Assembly: GCA_964634945.1 (NCBI GenBank)
Contig: CAZWMG010000007.1
Location: 3,488 to 67,487 of the forward strand
Length of the DNA stretch: 64,000 bases
Direction of reading: 5' to 3'
DNA from: an uncultured Planctomycetia bacterium
Lineage (GTDB): Bacteria; Omnitrophota; Gorgyraeia; JABMRG01
In this document: positions 1-10,208 of the stretch, piece after piece
Numbering within the stretch: position 1 is the stretch's first letter
How the letters are laid out: each line of letters begins with the position of its first letter
Notes under the pieces: model-generated
The model's database searches: none
What the model saw: the letters and a program-made list of their open reading frames with translations, nothing else
What the model was told of the DNA's origin: nothing
Position numbers and translations under genes: made by a program

Positions 1-939
1 ATAGCAACCTAATCCCGCGATCATCGCGGCGTTATCCATAGACATGCCCTTAGGCGGGAAAGATATCTCGATATTGAGATCATTGCCTAAGCCATTTAGC
101 CTCTTGCGTAGCGCTGCATTTGCGCTTACACCACCGCCTATAAGCAGGCTTTTCGCTTTTCTGCTTTGGCAACAGGCCCTTGTCTTATAAAGAAGCATAT
201 CAAAAGCTGCGTCCTGAAAGCTTGCGCATATATCTGCAAGGGGTAGTTTTTGCCTCTTCTTCTTAAGGTTTTCCACAAAATATAAGACAGCTGTCTTTAT
301 CCCGCTAAAACTAAAATCAAAGGTATCTTTAGTAAGGTAAGAACGTGGAAAATTTATTTTTTTACAGTCGCCTTTTTCAGCCTGCCTCTCTATGATGGGC
401 CCGCCGGGGAATCCTAGCCCTAAAATCTTTCCTACCTTATCAAACGCTTCGCCACATGCGTCATCTCTAGTCTGGCCAAGAAGCTTAGGCTTCTCCAAAT
501 CATTAATACCAACTAAACTGGTGTGTCCGCCTGAAACAATAAGGCCGACTGACGGAAACCTTATTCGCTTCTCATTAATCGTAGCCGCGTAAATATGGCC
601 ATGGAGGTGGTTCAATGCTATGATGGGAATCTTAAGGCTATAAGCGAGCGCTTTTGCTAACGATATCCCAATTAATAACGCGCCTACTAAACCGGGGCCT
701 TGTGTAACACTTATGGCATCTAAATCACTTAAGTCGATTCTTGCTTTCTTCAATGCTTTATCAAGAACAAAATTTATAAGTTCTGTATGATGACGACATG
801 CTATCTCTGGAACTATGCCCCCATATTTCTTGTGTAGATGAAGACTGGATACAACGATATTTGACAATATCTGCTTTTCACCTGAAGCTACTGCGATAGA
901 TGTTTCATCGCAAGATGTCTCAATACCAAGCACAAGCAT
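1..939 (-). CDS. tsaD: tRNA N6-adenosine threonylcarbamoyltransferase TsaD (3' end runs off the window)
   Basis: Read manually: ATG at 939 gives MLVLGIETSCDET, with GPGLVGALLIG, HLHGH, VSGGHT, DDACGEAFDK and DNAAMIA motifs; the frame is open to base 1; AAGGAG RBS upstream. Confidence 0.95.
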   Translation of the reverse strand, partial: MLVLGIETSCDETSIAVASGEKQILSNIVVSSLHLHKKYGGIVPEIACRHHTELINFVLDKALKKARIDLSDLDAISVTQGPGLVGALLIGISLAKALAYSLKIPIIALNHLHGHIYAATINEKRIRFPSVGLIVSGGHTSLVGINDLEKPKLLGQTRDDACGEAFDKVGKILGLGFPGGPIIERQAEKGDCKKINFPRSYLTKDTFDFSFSGIKTAVLYFVENLKKKRQKLPLADICASFQDAAFDMLLYKTRACCQSRKAKSLLIGGGVSANAALRKRLNGLGNDLNIEISFPPKGMSMDNAAMIAGLGCY

Positions 940-1129
940 ATGCTCTCCTTATTCGTGGCTACCTATGGACTATGTCTCTTACCTTCGTAGCGCAGGTATT
1001 TTTGCCACCTACTTAAAACACACGGCAAAAAAATCCAATGCACTGTTAAAGGCAAAGCCACGTGCCATAATCCATATTTTTCTCTACCGTTTCGTTTCAG
1101 AATATAAGATTTTCGCAGTTCTGATTAAA

Positions 1130-1909
1130 TTATTCAGAATTGACCTTACTGACTAATTCTGAAATCAACACGAATTCAATATCACTATCCTTAAGCTCGA
1201 GGGTTTTCTCTTTAATCGTTTCAAGCGTAAGGCTCTTGTCGTGCCCAATGCCAACGGCTGAACCCTTTTCCAGTGCCGTAGCTATAAGTTGATCAAATTG
1301 AGTAGCTATATACTTCTTGTCCGCGATGTTATCAAGAAACACATCTCTCTTAGAAAAGGCTAGGCCCTTATCCTTTGCCACTTGTTCGCAGATAGAATCT
1401 GAAACCGCCACACTATCCAAAAAGAACATGCCCCTTGACTGCAGATAATTCATAACAGCACCTACGGTATCCTTATCACGCGTTACTTTAGAACCCATAT
1501 GATTAGAAACACCCTTAACATAGGGTACTGAGTTTAGCGCTGATGTGACCAGGCTTACTACCTTGTCCTTATCCATTGAGCACAGTATAGTATCTTCTTC
1601 CAGTCTCAGGGAATCATTCTCAGGTTCCATAGGCATATGAAGCATCAATTCTCTATTTTTCCGCTGATATTCCATCGACGCTATCTTGCCGGAAAAAGCA
1701 AGATTGGGTAAAATCGCGAGAGTCAATGGCGCTTCAATCGAATTAAGAAGGCCTATATTATTTAGATTGTAACCCCAATCATCAATTACTATCGCCACTC
1801 TTACATGATCTTTTTTTTCTGAAACATCTATGCGCAAAAATAATGATAATAAGATAACTAAAAGTGCGAGGGTTATAACGCATACGGATATAAGGCTCTT
1901 TTTACGCAT
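1130..1909 (-). CDS. divergent polysaccharide deacetylase family protein (YibQ-like), N-terminal membrane anchor
   Basis: AIVIDDWG, LHMPMEP, NHMGS, FLDS, RDVFLDN and AVGIGH motifs; downstream of ctpA as commonly seen. Confidence 0.9.
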   Translation of the reverse strand: MRKKSLISVCVITLALLVILLSLFLRIDVSEKKDHVRVAIVIDDWGYNLNNIGLLNSIEAPLTLAILPNLAFSGKIASMEYQRKNRELMLHMPMEPENDSLRLEEDTILCSMDKDKVVSLVTSALNSVPYVKGVSNHMGSKVTRDKDTVGAVMNYLQSRGMFFLDSVAVSDSICEQVAKDKGLAFSKRDVFLDNIADKKYIATQFDQLIATALEKGSAVGIGHDKSLTLETIKEKTLELKDSDIEFVLISELVSKVNSE

Positions 1910-3162
1910 CAGGCTTCCAATAAGGAGGTGTATCTTGTTTTATCCTTGAGCAATTTTATAGCCTCTCTTACCTGGTTATCTTTTTCCAGGGACTCTTCTA
2001 TTGAGATATTCTTATTGACAGCCTGAGCTTCTGGCAAAATCGGGCTCTCTAATGTTACCGCAACGTCTGGGCTTATGCCCTGTTCATGTATAATAGCTCC
2101 TGATGGGGTATAATAGTAACTTGTTGTCAGGCGTATCGCTGAACCATCTTTCATCGGAACAACAGTCTGCACGGACCCCTTACCAAAACTTTTTTCGCCG
2201 ACGATAAGCGCTCTCCTGTTGTCCCTTAATGCCGACGCCACGATCTCTGAGGCGCTGGCAGAACCCTTATTAATCAAGACAACGATAGGAAAATCCGAGT
2301 AGGGCTTTAAGAAGTCCGATTTGTAAACATTCTCCTGTTGTTTATCCCTGCCTTTTATAGCGACCACAACATCATCTTCTTTAAGAAACATCTCTGAAAC
2401 TCTAACAGACGCATCCAATAGCCCCCCAGGATTGTTTCTCAAATCTATTATCAATGCCTTCATATCTTTCTTAATAAGACGCTTAATCGCCTTTTCAAAA
2501 TCCGGGCCTGTGCGCTTCTGAAAATCTGATATCTTTATATACCCTGTACCCTCATCAACCATCAAGGCATCTTTTATTGATCTTATTCTTATAATAGCGC
2601 GCCTTATTGTAAATTCACGCAGGCTGTTCTCCTCTTCCCTTATAATAGTAAGTTTTACCCGCGTTCCCGGTATTCCGCGCAAAACCTTTACCGCGTCATC
2701 TAGCGTGAAATCCTTGGTAGACTTATTATCAATCTTTAGAATCCTATCACCGGATAATATCCCTGCCTTAAAAGCAGGCGTTCCATCAAGAGGACTAACA
2801 ACAGTAAGCGTATCATCTCTTAATGTTACCCTTATTCCGAGACCTCCAAATTCACCGAATGTATCGGTCCTAAGGTCAATATATTCTTCCGGGGTCAAAA
2901 AGGAGCTATGAGAATCGAGCGAAGATATCATACCATCTAACGCGCCATAGACCATCTCCTTAGCGGTCGCCTCTCTTACGTAATCTGCATCTACCAATGT
3001 AATGGCATCCGCAAGGAGGCCCAGTTCATAAAATATGTCTTCTTTGGTAATAAAAGATTCAGTTAACTCGTTATCCAGTTTATCCTCTGTCGCAAAAACT
3101 ATCGGCAAACTGTGAGAAACAAAGATTAGAAGTACTGCGGATAAAAAAACTGTTTTTTTCAT
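1909..3162 (-). CDS. ctpA: S41 family C-terminal processing protease (PDZ + S41)
   Basis: GLGI PDZ motif, DLRNNPGGLL, SASASEIV and FGKGSVQ; signal peptide. Confidence 0.93.
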   Translation of the reverse strand: MKKTVFLSAVLLIFVSHSLPIVFATEDKLDNELTESFITKEDIFYELGLLADAITLVDADYVREATAKEMVYGALDGMISSLDSHSSFLTPEEYIDLRTDTFGEFGGLGIRVTLRDDTLTVVSPLDGTPAFKAGILSGDRILKIDNKSTKDFTLDDAVKVLRGIPGTRVKLTIIREEENSLREFTIRRAIIRIRSIKDALMVDEGTGYIKISDFQKRTGPDFEKAIKRLIKKDMKALIIDLRNNPGGLLDASVRVSEMFLKEDDVVVAIKGRDKQQENVYKSDFLKPYSDFPIVVLINKGSASASEIVASALRDNRRALIVGEKSFGKGSVQTVVPMKDGSAIRLTTSYYYTPSGAIIHEQGISPDVAVTLESPILPEAQAVNKNISIEESLEKDNQVREAIKLLKDKTRYTSLLEA

Positions 3163-4601
3163 ACTCTTTTCTGCTCAAGCCTTTTCTTGATCGCGAGATT
3201 CGCAAGCTGCGGGTTTGCTTTTCCTTTACTCTTTTTCATGAGCTGGCCAACAAGGAAACCGAGAGCATTGGTCTTGCCGGATAGATAATCATCAGCCACT
3301 TTAGGATTTTCATTCACAACTTGTCCAGCAAGTTCACAAATAGCGCCTTCATCACTTATCTGGACTAGGCCTTTCTCTTTTATAATATCATCAGCTGAGT
3401 TTCCGGTTCTAAGCATATCAGAGAGCACTTCTTTCGCTATCTTGCCGCTTATTGCATTGCTATCTATCAGCTTCAACATCTCCGCAAGATGCTGCGGAGT
3501 TATTTTTGCGTCACAAAATTCAAGATTATCAGCGTTTAGATGCTTCTGGATATCGCCTGTGAGCCAATTAACTATCACCTTGGGCTTGGAATAGAGTTTC
3601 ACGCAAGACTCAAAAAAAACAGACATGCTCCTGTCTGAAACTAAAATAGAAGCGTCATATTCTGACAGGCCGCAATCTTTTATAAACCTCTCTTGTTTCT
3701 TTTTTGGCATCTCCGGCAAGGTCAAGCGAATCTCATCGACTAAGGCCGTATCAATAGCAAACAATAAGAGATCAGGATCGGGGAAATATCTATAATCATG
3801 CGCCTGCTCTTTTGTCCGCATAGGCTCTGAGGCCTGTTTCTGCTCATTCCAGAGCCTTGTCTGCTGGATAATGCTCTCTCCGGATAAGAGCGCTCTTGCC
3901 TGGCGCTTCTCTTCATATATCAGGGCATCTCTTACACCTTTAAAGCTATTCATATTTTTTAATTCAACCTTGGTGCCAAGTTCTTTCTGGCCTTTTGGCC
4001 TTATAGATACATTGGCGTCACAACGCAAAGACCCCTCTTCCATATTACAATCTGAAACATCAAGGTATTTGAGAATAGATTTAATAACGGTTAAATACTG
4101 ATATGCCTCCTCAGGAGAAGAAATATCAGGCTCGCTTACTATCTCTAAAAGAGGCGTACCTGTGCGATTAAAATCCACATAACTTGATGCTCTGCTCTTG
4201 CTATGTATAAGCTTTCCCGCGTCTTCTTCCATGTGGACGCGTGTTATGCCAATTCTTTTAAGCTTATCATTACACACAATATCAACAAAGCCACCTAAAG
4301 ATAAGGGCATATCATACTGTGATATCTGATAGTTCTTTGGCAAGTCAGGATAAAAATAGTTCTTTCTGTCAAACTTCATCCTGTCTGATATATTAGAACT
4401 TAACGCCAGAGCCACCTTTATAGCATGCCTTAGGTACCGGCTATTTAGCACCGGTAGAGAGCCTGGAAAGCCAAGGCATACAGGGCAGACGGATGTGTTA
4501 GGCTTACCACCAAAACTATTTTTACAACCACAGAAAGCCTTGGTTTTGGTTGAAAGCTGAAGATGTATCTCTAATCCTATTGTTGTAAGATATTGGCTCA
4601 T
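3159..4601 (-). CDS. gatB: Asp/Glu-tRNA amidotransferase subunit B
   Basis: IGLEIHLQL, FDRKNYFYPDLPKNYQISQ, EEGSLRCDANVS. Confidence 0.98.
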   Translation of the reverse strand: MSQYLTTIGLEIHLQLSTKTKAFCGCKNSFGGKPNTSVCPVCLGFPGSLPVLNSRYLRHAIKVALALSSNISDRMKFDRKNYFYPDLPKNYQISQYDMPLSLGGFVDIVCNDKLKRIGITRVHMEEDAGKLIHSKSRASSYVDFNRTGTPLLEIVSEPDISSPEEAYQYLTVIKSILKYLDVSDCNMEEGSLRCDANVSIRPKGQKELGTKVELKNMNSFKGVRDALIYEEKRQARALLSGESIIQQTRLWNEQKQASEPMRTKEQAHDYRYFPDPDLLLFAIDTALVDEIRLTLPEMPKKKQERFIKDCGLSEYDASILVSDRSMSVFFESCVKLYSKPKVIVNWLTGDIQKHLNADNLEFCDAKITPQHLAEMLKLIDSNAISGKIAKEVLSDMLRTGNSADDIIKEKGLVQISDEGAICELAGQVVNENPKVADDYLSGKTNALGFLVGQLMKKSKGKANPQLANLAIKKRLEQKRV

Positions 4602-6070
4602 AATTCAGGTTTTTTTCTTTGCCATGCAGCGTTCTGCTCATAGGTATACGCGGCGCGTAAAAGTAGCTCTTCATCAAAATGCTTAGCCATAAATTGCAAC
4701 CCTATAGGCAGCCCTTTAGAATCATATCCGCATGGCAATGATATCGCCGGAATACCCGCAAGGTTCGCGGGTATTGTAAATATATCAGAAAGGTACATCA
4801 ATAAAGGGTCCTTAGTCTTTAACCCCTTGGGCCAGGCTGTTTCAGGAGATGTCGGGGTCAATATAATATCACATCTGGTAAAGGCATCGTCAAAATCTTT
4901 TTTTATTAGACTCCTTACTTTCTGAGCCTTTAAGTAATACGCGTCGTAGTAGCCACTGCTCAACGTATAAGTACCGAGTATAATACGCCTTTTGGCCTCG
5001 CTGCCAAAGGCCTGCCCCCTTGTCCTCTTATACATATCTATCAACGCATCCTGATCTTTAGCTCTATGGCCATATTCAACTCCGTCGAAACGCGCCAAAT
5101 TTGATGAGGCCTCTGAGCAACCCACAATATAGTATACGCTTACCGCATATTTTGTATGAGGCAGAGATATATCCACGACTTCAGCACCGAGATCCTGTAA
5201 GAGTCTTATCGCTTCCTTAATCTTCACACCTGTCTCATAAACCGGTGCTACCTTATCAAGAAAGGAGCTCTCTTTGTTATACTCCTTAGGGATCCCTATC
5301 CTGAGGCCTTTAATATTGTCTTTGAGCGATTCCATATAATCCGGAACAGGTACGTCCGCTGATGTCGAATCCATAGGGTCATGCCCTGAGATAACATTAA
5401 GTAAGGCAGCGCAATCAGTAACATCCTTTGTTATCGGTCCTATCTGATCTAGGCTGGAACCAAATGCTATTAAGCCATATCTTGAGACCCTGCCATATGT
5501 AGGTTTCATGCCTACAACGCCGCAAAGTGAGGCTGGCTGCCTTACGGATCCACCTGTATCGGAACCAAGGGCAAGTACTGTCTCATCAGCAGCTACAAGG
5601 GCCGCTGACCCGCCGCTTGAACCTCCCGGCACCCTTTCAATATCATGTGGATTATTTGTAGGATAGTAGCATGAGGTTTCACATGAAGAACCAAACGCGA
5701 ATTCATCCATATTTGATTTACCAAGTAAGAGCGCGCCTGATTGTTTCAGCTTTGTAACCACTGTAGCATCATATGGGGGCTTAAATCCGGCAAGTATATT
5801 GGATGAGCATGTCGTCAGCTCATCCTTAACGCATATATTATCCTTTAATACAACCGGTACCCTTGAAAGATCCCCTGCGGAGGGATTTTTATCCAGTTCT
5901 TTTGCGCGCTCTAATAATGATAACTTGTCAAAATGAGCAAATCCTTTTACCTTCTCCTCAACCTTATCATATCTGGTTACTACGGAAGAGGCTATATCAG
6001 ACGCGGTTAAGGAATCCTGTGCTATCCTCTTCTTCAGCTCTGAGGCGGTATATTTGGTAAGTTCTTCCAT
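4598..6070 (-). CDS. gatA: Asp/Glu-tRNA amidotransferase subunit A
   Basis: Amidase signature GGSSGGSAA, GSDTGGSVRQPA; lies between gatC and gatB. Confidence 0.98.
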   Translation of the reverse strand: MEELTKYTASELKKRIAQDSLTASDIASSVVTRYDKVEEKVKGFAHFDKLSLLERAKELDKNPSAGDLSRVPVVLKDNICVKDELTTCSSNILAGFKPPYDATVVTKLKQSGALLLGKSNMDEFAFGSSCETSCYYPTNNPHDIERVPGGSSGGSAALVAADETVLALGSDTGGSVRQPASLCGVVGMKPTYGRVSRYGLIAFGSSLDQIGPITKDVTDCAALLNVISGHDPMDSTSADVPVPDYMESLKDNIKGLRIGIPKEYNKESSFLDKVAPVYETGVKIKEAIRLLQDLGAEVVDISLPHTKYAVSVYYIVGCSEASSNLARFDGVEYGHRAKDQDALIDMYKRTRGQAFGSEAKRRIILGTYTLSSGYYDAYYLKAQKVRSLIKKDFDDAFTRCDIILTPTSPETAWPKGLKTKDPLLMYLSDIFTIPANLAGIPAISLPCGYDSKGLPIGLQFMAKHFDEELLLRAAYTYEQNAAWQRKKPEL

Positions 6071-6073
6071 AAG

Positions 6074-6361
6074 TTACTCTATAATTTTAGGGACCTTAAA
6101 AGAACCCTCTTCTCTTTCAGGTGCGTTATTAAGGGCATCACTATTTGATAGTCCGCTCTTTGGAATATCATCGCGCAGCACATTGGACATTGATACAGCA
6201 TGGCTCATAGGCTCTATATCTTTGGTATCAAGCTTATTAAGCTGGTCAACATAAGTAAGTATGTGGTTTAGCTGCTCGGCAAAGAGGCCTTCCTCTTGCT
6301 CGCTCAGGCCTATTCTCGCCAGGTCAGCTACATATCTTATCGTATCCTTCTTTATCGACAC
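6074..6361 (-). CDS. gatC: Asp/Glu-tRNA amidotransferase subunit C (probable GTG start at 6361; ORF track extends to 6400)
   Basis: VADLARI...FKVPKII; AGGAGG RBS just before GTG at 6361 gives 95 aa. Confidence 0.93.
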   Translation of the reverse strand: MSIKKDTIRYVADLARIGLSEQEEGLFAEQLNHILTYVDQLNKLDTKDIEPMSHAVSMSNVLRDDIPKSGLSNSDALNNAPEREEGSFKVPKIIE

Positions 6362-6416
6362 ATTTACCTCCTTAATCCTGAAACTGTTTCGAACACTCAT
6401 AGATTAACATAAAGTA

Positions 6417-7259
6417 TTATTCATGTAAAGAGCTAAGAGCATCAGAAACCCTAGCAAATTGATCGAGACTAAGGCCTTCTGCCCTAATATTTTTATCCAG
6501 GCCGCAGATAGCGAATGCCTCTTCTATCAAGCCTCTATCAATAGAGGCTATAGCGCCTTTAGTCAGCGCGTTAAAAAATGTTTTGCGGCGCTGGTTAAAA
6601 CCTGCTTTCATTATCATAAAGAGCAGCCTTTCGTCTCTAACACTTACTAAGGGCTTTTTTCTTATCCCAAGAGATATGAATATTGAATCAACCTTTGGCA
6701 CAGGAAAAAAACATCCTTTAGCGAGGGCGCAAAGTTTTATTGCTTGACAATAATACTCTACACCTAAACTTAAAAGGCCGTAACTTTTACTCCCAGGCCT
6801 GCTTAAGATACGTTGCGCAACATCTTTCTGCACTGTAATGAATATAGAATCTATACGGTCTCTGTTTTCGAGCAAGTGGAATATAATCGGTGAAGTGATA
6901 TAGTAAGGCAGGTTCCCAATAACCTTAAGCCTGCCCGGCAAATCAGGTATGGCCCATTTTAAAATATCCTTGTTTACGATATTAAACTTCTTATCATCCG
7001 CGTAAGCACTCTTTAAGATATCAGCAAGCCCTCTATCTTTTTCTACGGCAATTAACCTTGCGCACTTTAATAGAATAGCTTCTGTAAGGGCTCCAAGGCC
7101 AGGGCCAATCTCCAGCACCTTATCACTACTTCTCAAATCGCACAGGTCGATCATCTTGTCTCTCTTGCCCTGATCTATGAGAAAGTTCTGGCCAAGCCGC
7201 TTATTAATATATAGGTTATTTTTTGTGATTATCTCTTTTATCTGTCGGGGATTATACAT
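6417..7259 (-). CDS. rsmA: 16S rRNA adenine dimethyltransferase
   Basis: LGQNFL, VLEIGPGLGALT, GNLPYYITSP. Confidence 0.96.
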   Translation of the reverse strand: MYNPRQIKEIITKNNLYINKRLGQNFLIDQGKRDKMIDLCDLRSSDKVLEIGPGLGALTEAILLKCARLIAVEKDRGLADILKSAYADDKKFNIVNKDILKWAIPDLPGRLKVIGNLPYYITSPIIFHLLENRDRIDSIFITVQKDVAQRILSRPGSKSYGLLSLGVEYYCQAIKLCALAKGCFFPVPKVDSIFISLGIRKKPLVSVRDERLLFMIMKAGFNQRRKTFFNALTKGAIASIDRGLIEEAFAICGLDKNIRAEGLSLDQFARVSDALSSLHE

Positions 7260-8268
7260 TTTTTGGAGTATGCATCTTTACAGCTTCTCGTATAGCCTGT
7301 TTCATGCTTCCTGGATCAGCCTGACCCTGACCAGCTATACCAAGTGCTGTTCCATGGCCAGGCGATGTGCGTATAAAAGGTAGTCCTAAAGTGATATTTA
7401 CGCTCTTGTTACGGCCCAACATCTTAAGGGCGACTAACCCCTGATCATGATACATGCATAGCACGGCATCATAACTCCCTTTTAGCAGATCAAAAAAAAG
7501 CCCATCAGCGGCTAAGGGCCCGTCTACATTTAAGCCCTTTGCCTTGGCAAGCTTAACAGCGGGAGATATAATCCTAATCTCCTCACTACCGATTAACCCG
7601 CCATCTCCTGCATGAGGATTCAGGCCGCAAATAACGATCCTAGGTTTCCTGATCCCGCAATAAGACTTCAGGTGATTATTTGCCAGTAAGAGTTTATCCA
7701 CTATGTCTCTTGACCGCAGTCTAGATGAGACATCTTTTATAGGGATATGCGTTGTGACCAATATAACATTGAGCGGAAAACTGCTAAGCATCATCGCGTA
7801 TCTTTTAGTAGATGTAATATCTGCCAGATATTCCGTATGGCCGGAATATTGAAAGCCAGAAAGCTCTGCCGCATGTTTGTGGATAGGCCCTGTAACGAGT
7901 AAATCCGCTTTTTTTGCCTGAATTAATGAAACCGCCTTGTCAATATAAGATATAGATGCCTTACCATATATTGGTGAGATCCTGCCAAAAGAAAAACTTT
8001 TTTCCGATATGCTCGAGCGATCAAAGAATAATACCTTGCTCGCTGAAAAATCTATATCACTATCACGTTTTATCGTTCGGTAGGACAATTTCGTCTTGGT
8101 GAGTTTTAACGCTCTTCTAAAGACAAATTCATCACCAATAATCAAAAAATTGGCAAGTCCCCTTATCCGTGGACTTGCCAGTGACCCTGATATAACCTCA
8201 GGCCCTATACCTGCCGGATAACCCATGGTTATGCAGGTTATAGGCCTATTTGATTTTAATGTAAGCAT
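7252..8268 (-). CDS. pdxA: 4-hydroxythreonine-4-phosphate dehydrogenase
   Basis: GHTEYLA, GLNPHAG, MYHDQG, NITLGLPFIRTSP; surA-pdxA-rsmA synteny. Confidence 0.93.
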   Translation of the reverse strand: MLTLKSNRPITCITMGYPAGIGPEVISGSLASPRIRGLANFLIIGDEFVFRRALKLTKTKLSYRTIKRDSDIDFSASKVLFFDRSSISEKSFSFGRISPIYGKASISYIDKAVSLIQAKKADLLVTGPIHKHAAELSGFQYSGHTEYLADITSTKRYAMMLSSFPLNVILVTTHIPIKDVSSRLRSRDIVDKLLLANNHLKSYCGIRKPRIVICGLNPHAGDGGLIGSEEIRIISPAVKLAKAKGLNVDGPLAADGLFFDLLKGSYDAVLCMYHDQGLVALKMLGRNKSVNITLGLPFIRTSPGHGTALGIAGQGQADPGSMKQAIREAVKMHTPKNV

Positions 8269-9226
8269 CCTCTTTAAGATTACCTATAAATTCTCTCAAT
8301 GTTAATTCAGACTCTCTTTGATAAAGCCTGTCTCTTATCATATCCTTGACATCGCCGATAGGGAGAGTGCCTGCTTCTTTTTTATCAACGACTTTGATTA
8401 TATAGAATCCCGTGCTGGTTTTTATAATACCGGATGTCTCGCCCGCATTAAGCAGCTTGATCTGGTCATCCAGCTCTTTGATAATGCCGCCTGCCGGCAT
8501 ATACCCCATGTCACCGCCTTTGTCGACATTCGGACCTTGAGAAAATTGCTTAACCAGAATATCAAAATCCTGTCCATCTTTTATCCTGTCTAGGATCTGC
8601 AATACAATCTTCTCGGTCTCATCCATATTACTGTCAGGCAAAGGCTTCACTAAAAGCACCTTAAACCTGGCCATTTTCGGTACTGAGAAATCCTTTATAT
8701 TGCCATTATAATATGCGGTTATCTGGGTTGGGCTAATATTTACGTTGGTATTGATAAGCCCTTTGACCAGATTGCGCATCATGATCTGTTCTTTGTACTT
8801 CTCCTTGAGCCTTGCCATGGTTACGCCGGAATCTTTTATTGCCTGATAAAATTCTTCTTCACTATTGAATCTCTTTTTCACAACTTCAAGACGGCTTTCT
8901 ATCTCGGAATCTTCTACAGCTATCTCTCTTTTTACCGCTTCCTGAAATATGAGCTTTTCCTCTATCAAGCGATTAAGGGCGTCCTGGCGTACCTCGTCCA
9001 TTTTACCCTCTAGTTCTTTTTCTTCATATCGCACCTTATAATCCGCGATAAAAGGAAGCATGGATTCCTGAAGCTCGCTCTGGGTTATAACGTCTTCATT
9101 AACAACTGCTACAATTCTGTCAACAACCTGAGCTGCATAAAGCGTCGCAGGCTTAACGTAAGCAACAGCGCAAAGGAAAAACCCTAAAAAATATAGATAC
9201 CTTATAACCCTTGTCTTATTTATCAT
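8246..9226 (-). CDS. SurA-like periplasmic chaperone / parvulin PPIase
   Basis: DRIVAVVNEDVIT SurA N-terminus, GGDMGY rotamase motif, signal peptide. Confidence 0.85.
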   Translation of the reverse strand: MINKTRVIRYLYFLGFFLCAVAYVKPATLYAAQVVDRIVAVVNEDVITQSELQESMLPFIADYKVRYEEKELEGKMDEVRQDALNRLIEEKLIFQEAVKREIAVEDSEIESRLEVVKKRFNSEEEFYQAIKDSGVTMARLKEKYKEQIMMRNLVKGLINTNVNISPTQITAYYNGNIKDFSVPKMARFKVLLVKPLPDSNMDETEKIVLQILDRIKDGQDFDILVKQFSQGPNVDKGGDMGYMPAGGIIKELDDQIKLLNAGETSGIIKTSTGFYIIKVVDKKEAGTLPIGDVKDMIRDRLYQRESELTLREFIGNLKEDAYIKIK

Positions 9227-9229
9227 TTA

Positions 9230-10114
9230 TTAACTTTTTTCTGCCGGCTGAGCAGCGTCAGGCATTGGAGCAGGTTCATTTTTATTGAGAGATGCCACAA
9301 GCTTATCATCAACCGAAACCTTTGCCTTCTCCTTAAGCTTATTTGTAAACTCGTCAAAACTCTCTCTTTGGCGATCTCTAGTGATTGATGTCATTACAGT
9401 GTCCTTCACATCGTCAAAACTCTGGTATACCGCTGGCTTACGGTCTGTAAGCTTGATTATATGATATCCAAATCTTGTCTTTATGATACCGCTTGTCTGG
9501 CCTATATTCAGGCTAAAAGCGGCTTTTTCAAACTCAGGTATCATCTGATCCTTACTAAAGTAACCAAGATCACCACCCCTGTCTTTTGTAAGGTCTTTCG
9601 AGTATTCCTGAGCAACAGCGGCAAATTCCGCGCCTCTGTCTAGTTCTCCCTTTGCTTTCTCAGCTTCTTCTTCCGTACTAGTCAAAACATGTGAAGCCTT
9701 GATCATCTCCGGAACTACGTATTTTTCCTTATTATCCTCATAATATGCCTTTACGTCGTCTTCGGAAACCGGCGCACTCTTTTTTACTTCCTCTTCCACG
9801 ATCATAGAGATGAGTATTTTTTTCGTAGCATCATTTATGAGGCTTTTTATATCGGGATCTCGATCCAATTTTCGCTTTTTTGCCTCGTTATACAACAGCT
9901 CTTCCACTATCATCTCATTTACTATTTCGTTCTTATGCCCTGCTGCAAATGTCTGATAATATTGCGGGAGCTTCTCTATCTTGGTTTCGAGCATAGTTAC
10001 TGTAATAGGTGTTCCGTTTACAGTAGCAACCACATCACCCGTGCTTTTTTTTGCACACCCAGATACCATACTAATGGTTAATGCCATAAATAGTAAAAAC
10101 AGGCTCTTCATCAT
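9230..10114 (-). CDS. parvulin-type peptidyl-prolyl isomerase lipoprotein (PrsA-like)
   Basis: Lipobox VSGC; ASHVL, GGDLGYF, FEKAAF, TRFGYHII. Confidence 0.88.
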   Translation of the reverse strand: MMKSLFLLFMALTISMVSGCAKKSTGDVVATVNGTPITVTMLETKIEKLPQYYQTFAAGHKNEIVNEMIVEELLYNEAKKRKLDRDPDIKSLINDATKKILISMIVEEEVKKSAPVSEDDVKAYYEDNKEKYVVPEMIKASHVLTSTEEEAEKAKGELDRGAEFAAVAQEYSKDLTKDRGGDLGYFSKDQMIPEFEKAAFSLNIGQTSGIIKTRFGYHIIKLTDRKPAVYQSFDDVKDTVMTSITRDRQRESFDEFTNKLKEKAKVSVDDKLVASLNKNEPAPMPDAAQPAEKS

Positions 10115-10208
10115 TATCCCCTTTCATGTGTTATACTAATAATAATTGAAATATTGTACCATATAGACACTACATGCTCAAGCGAAATCTAGCTAACTAA
10201 CCATTAGA

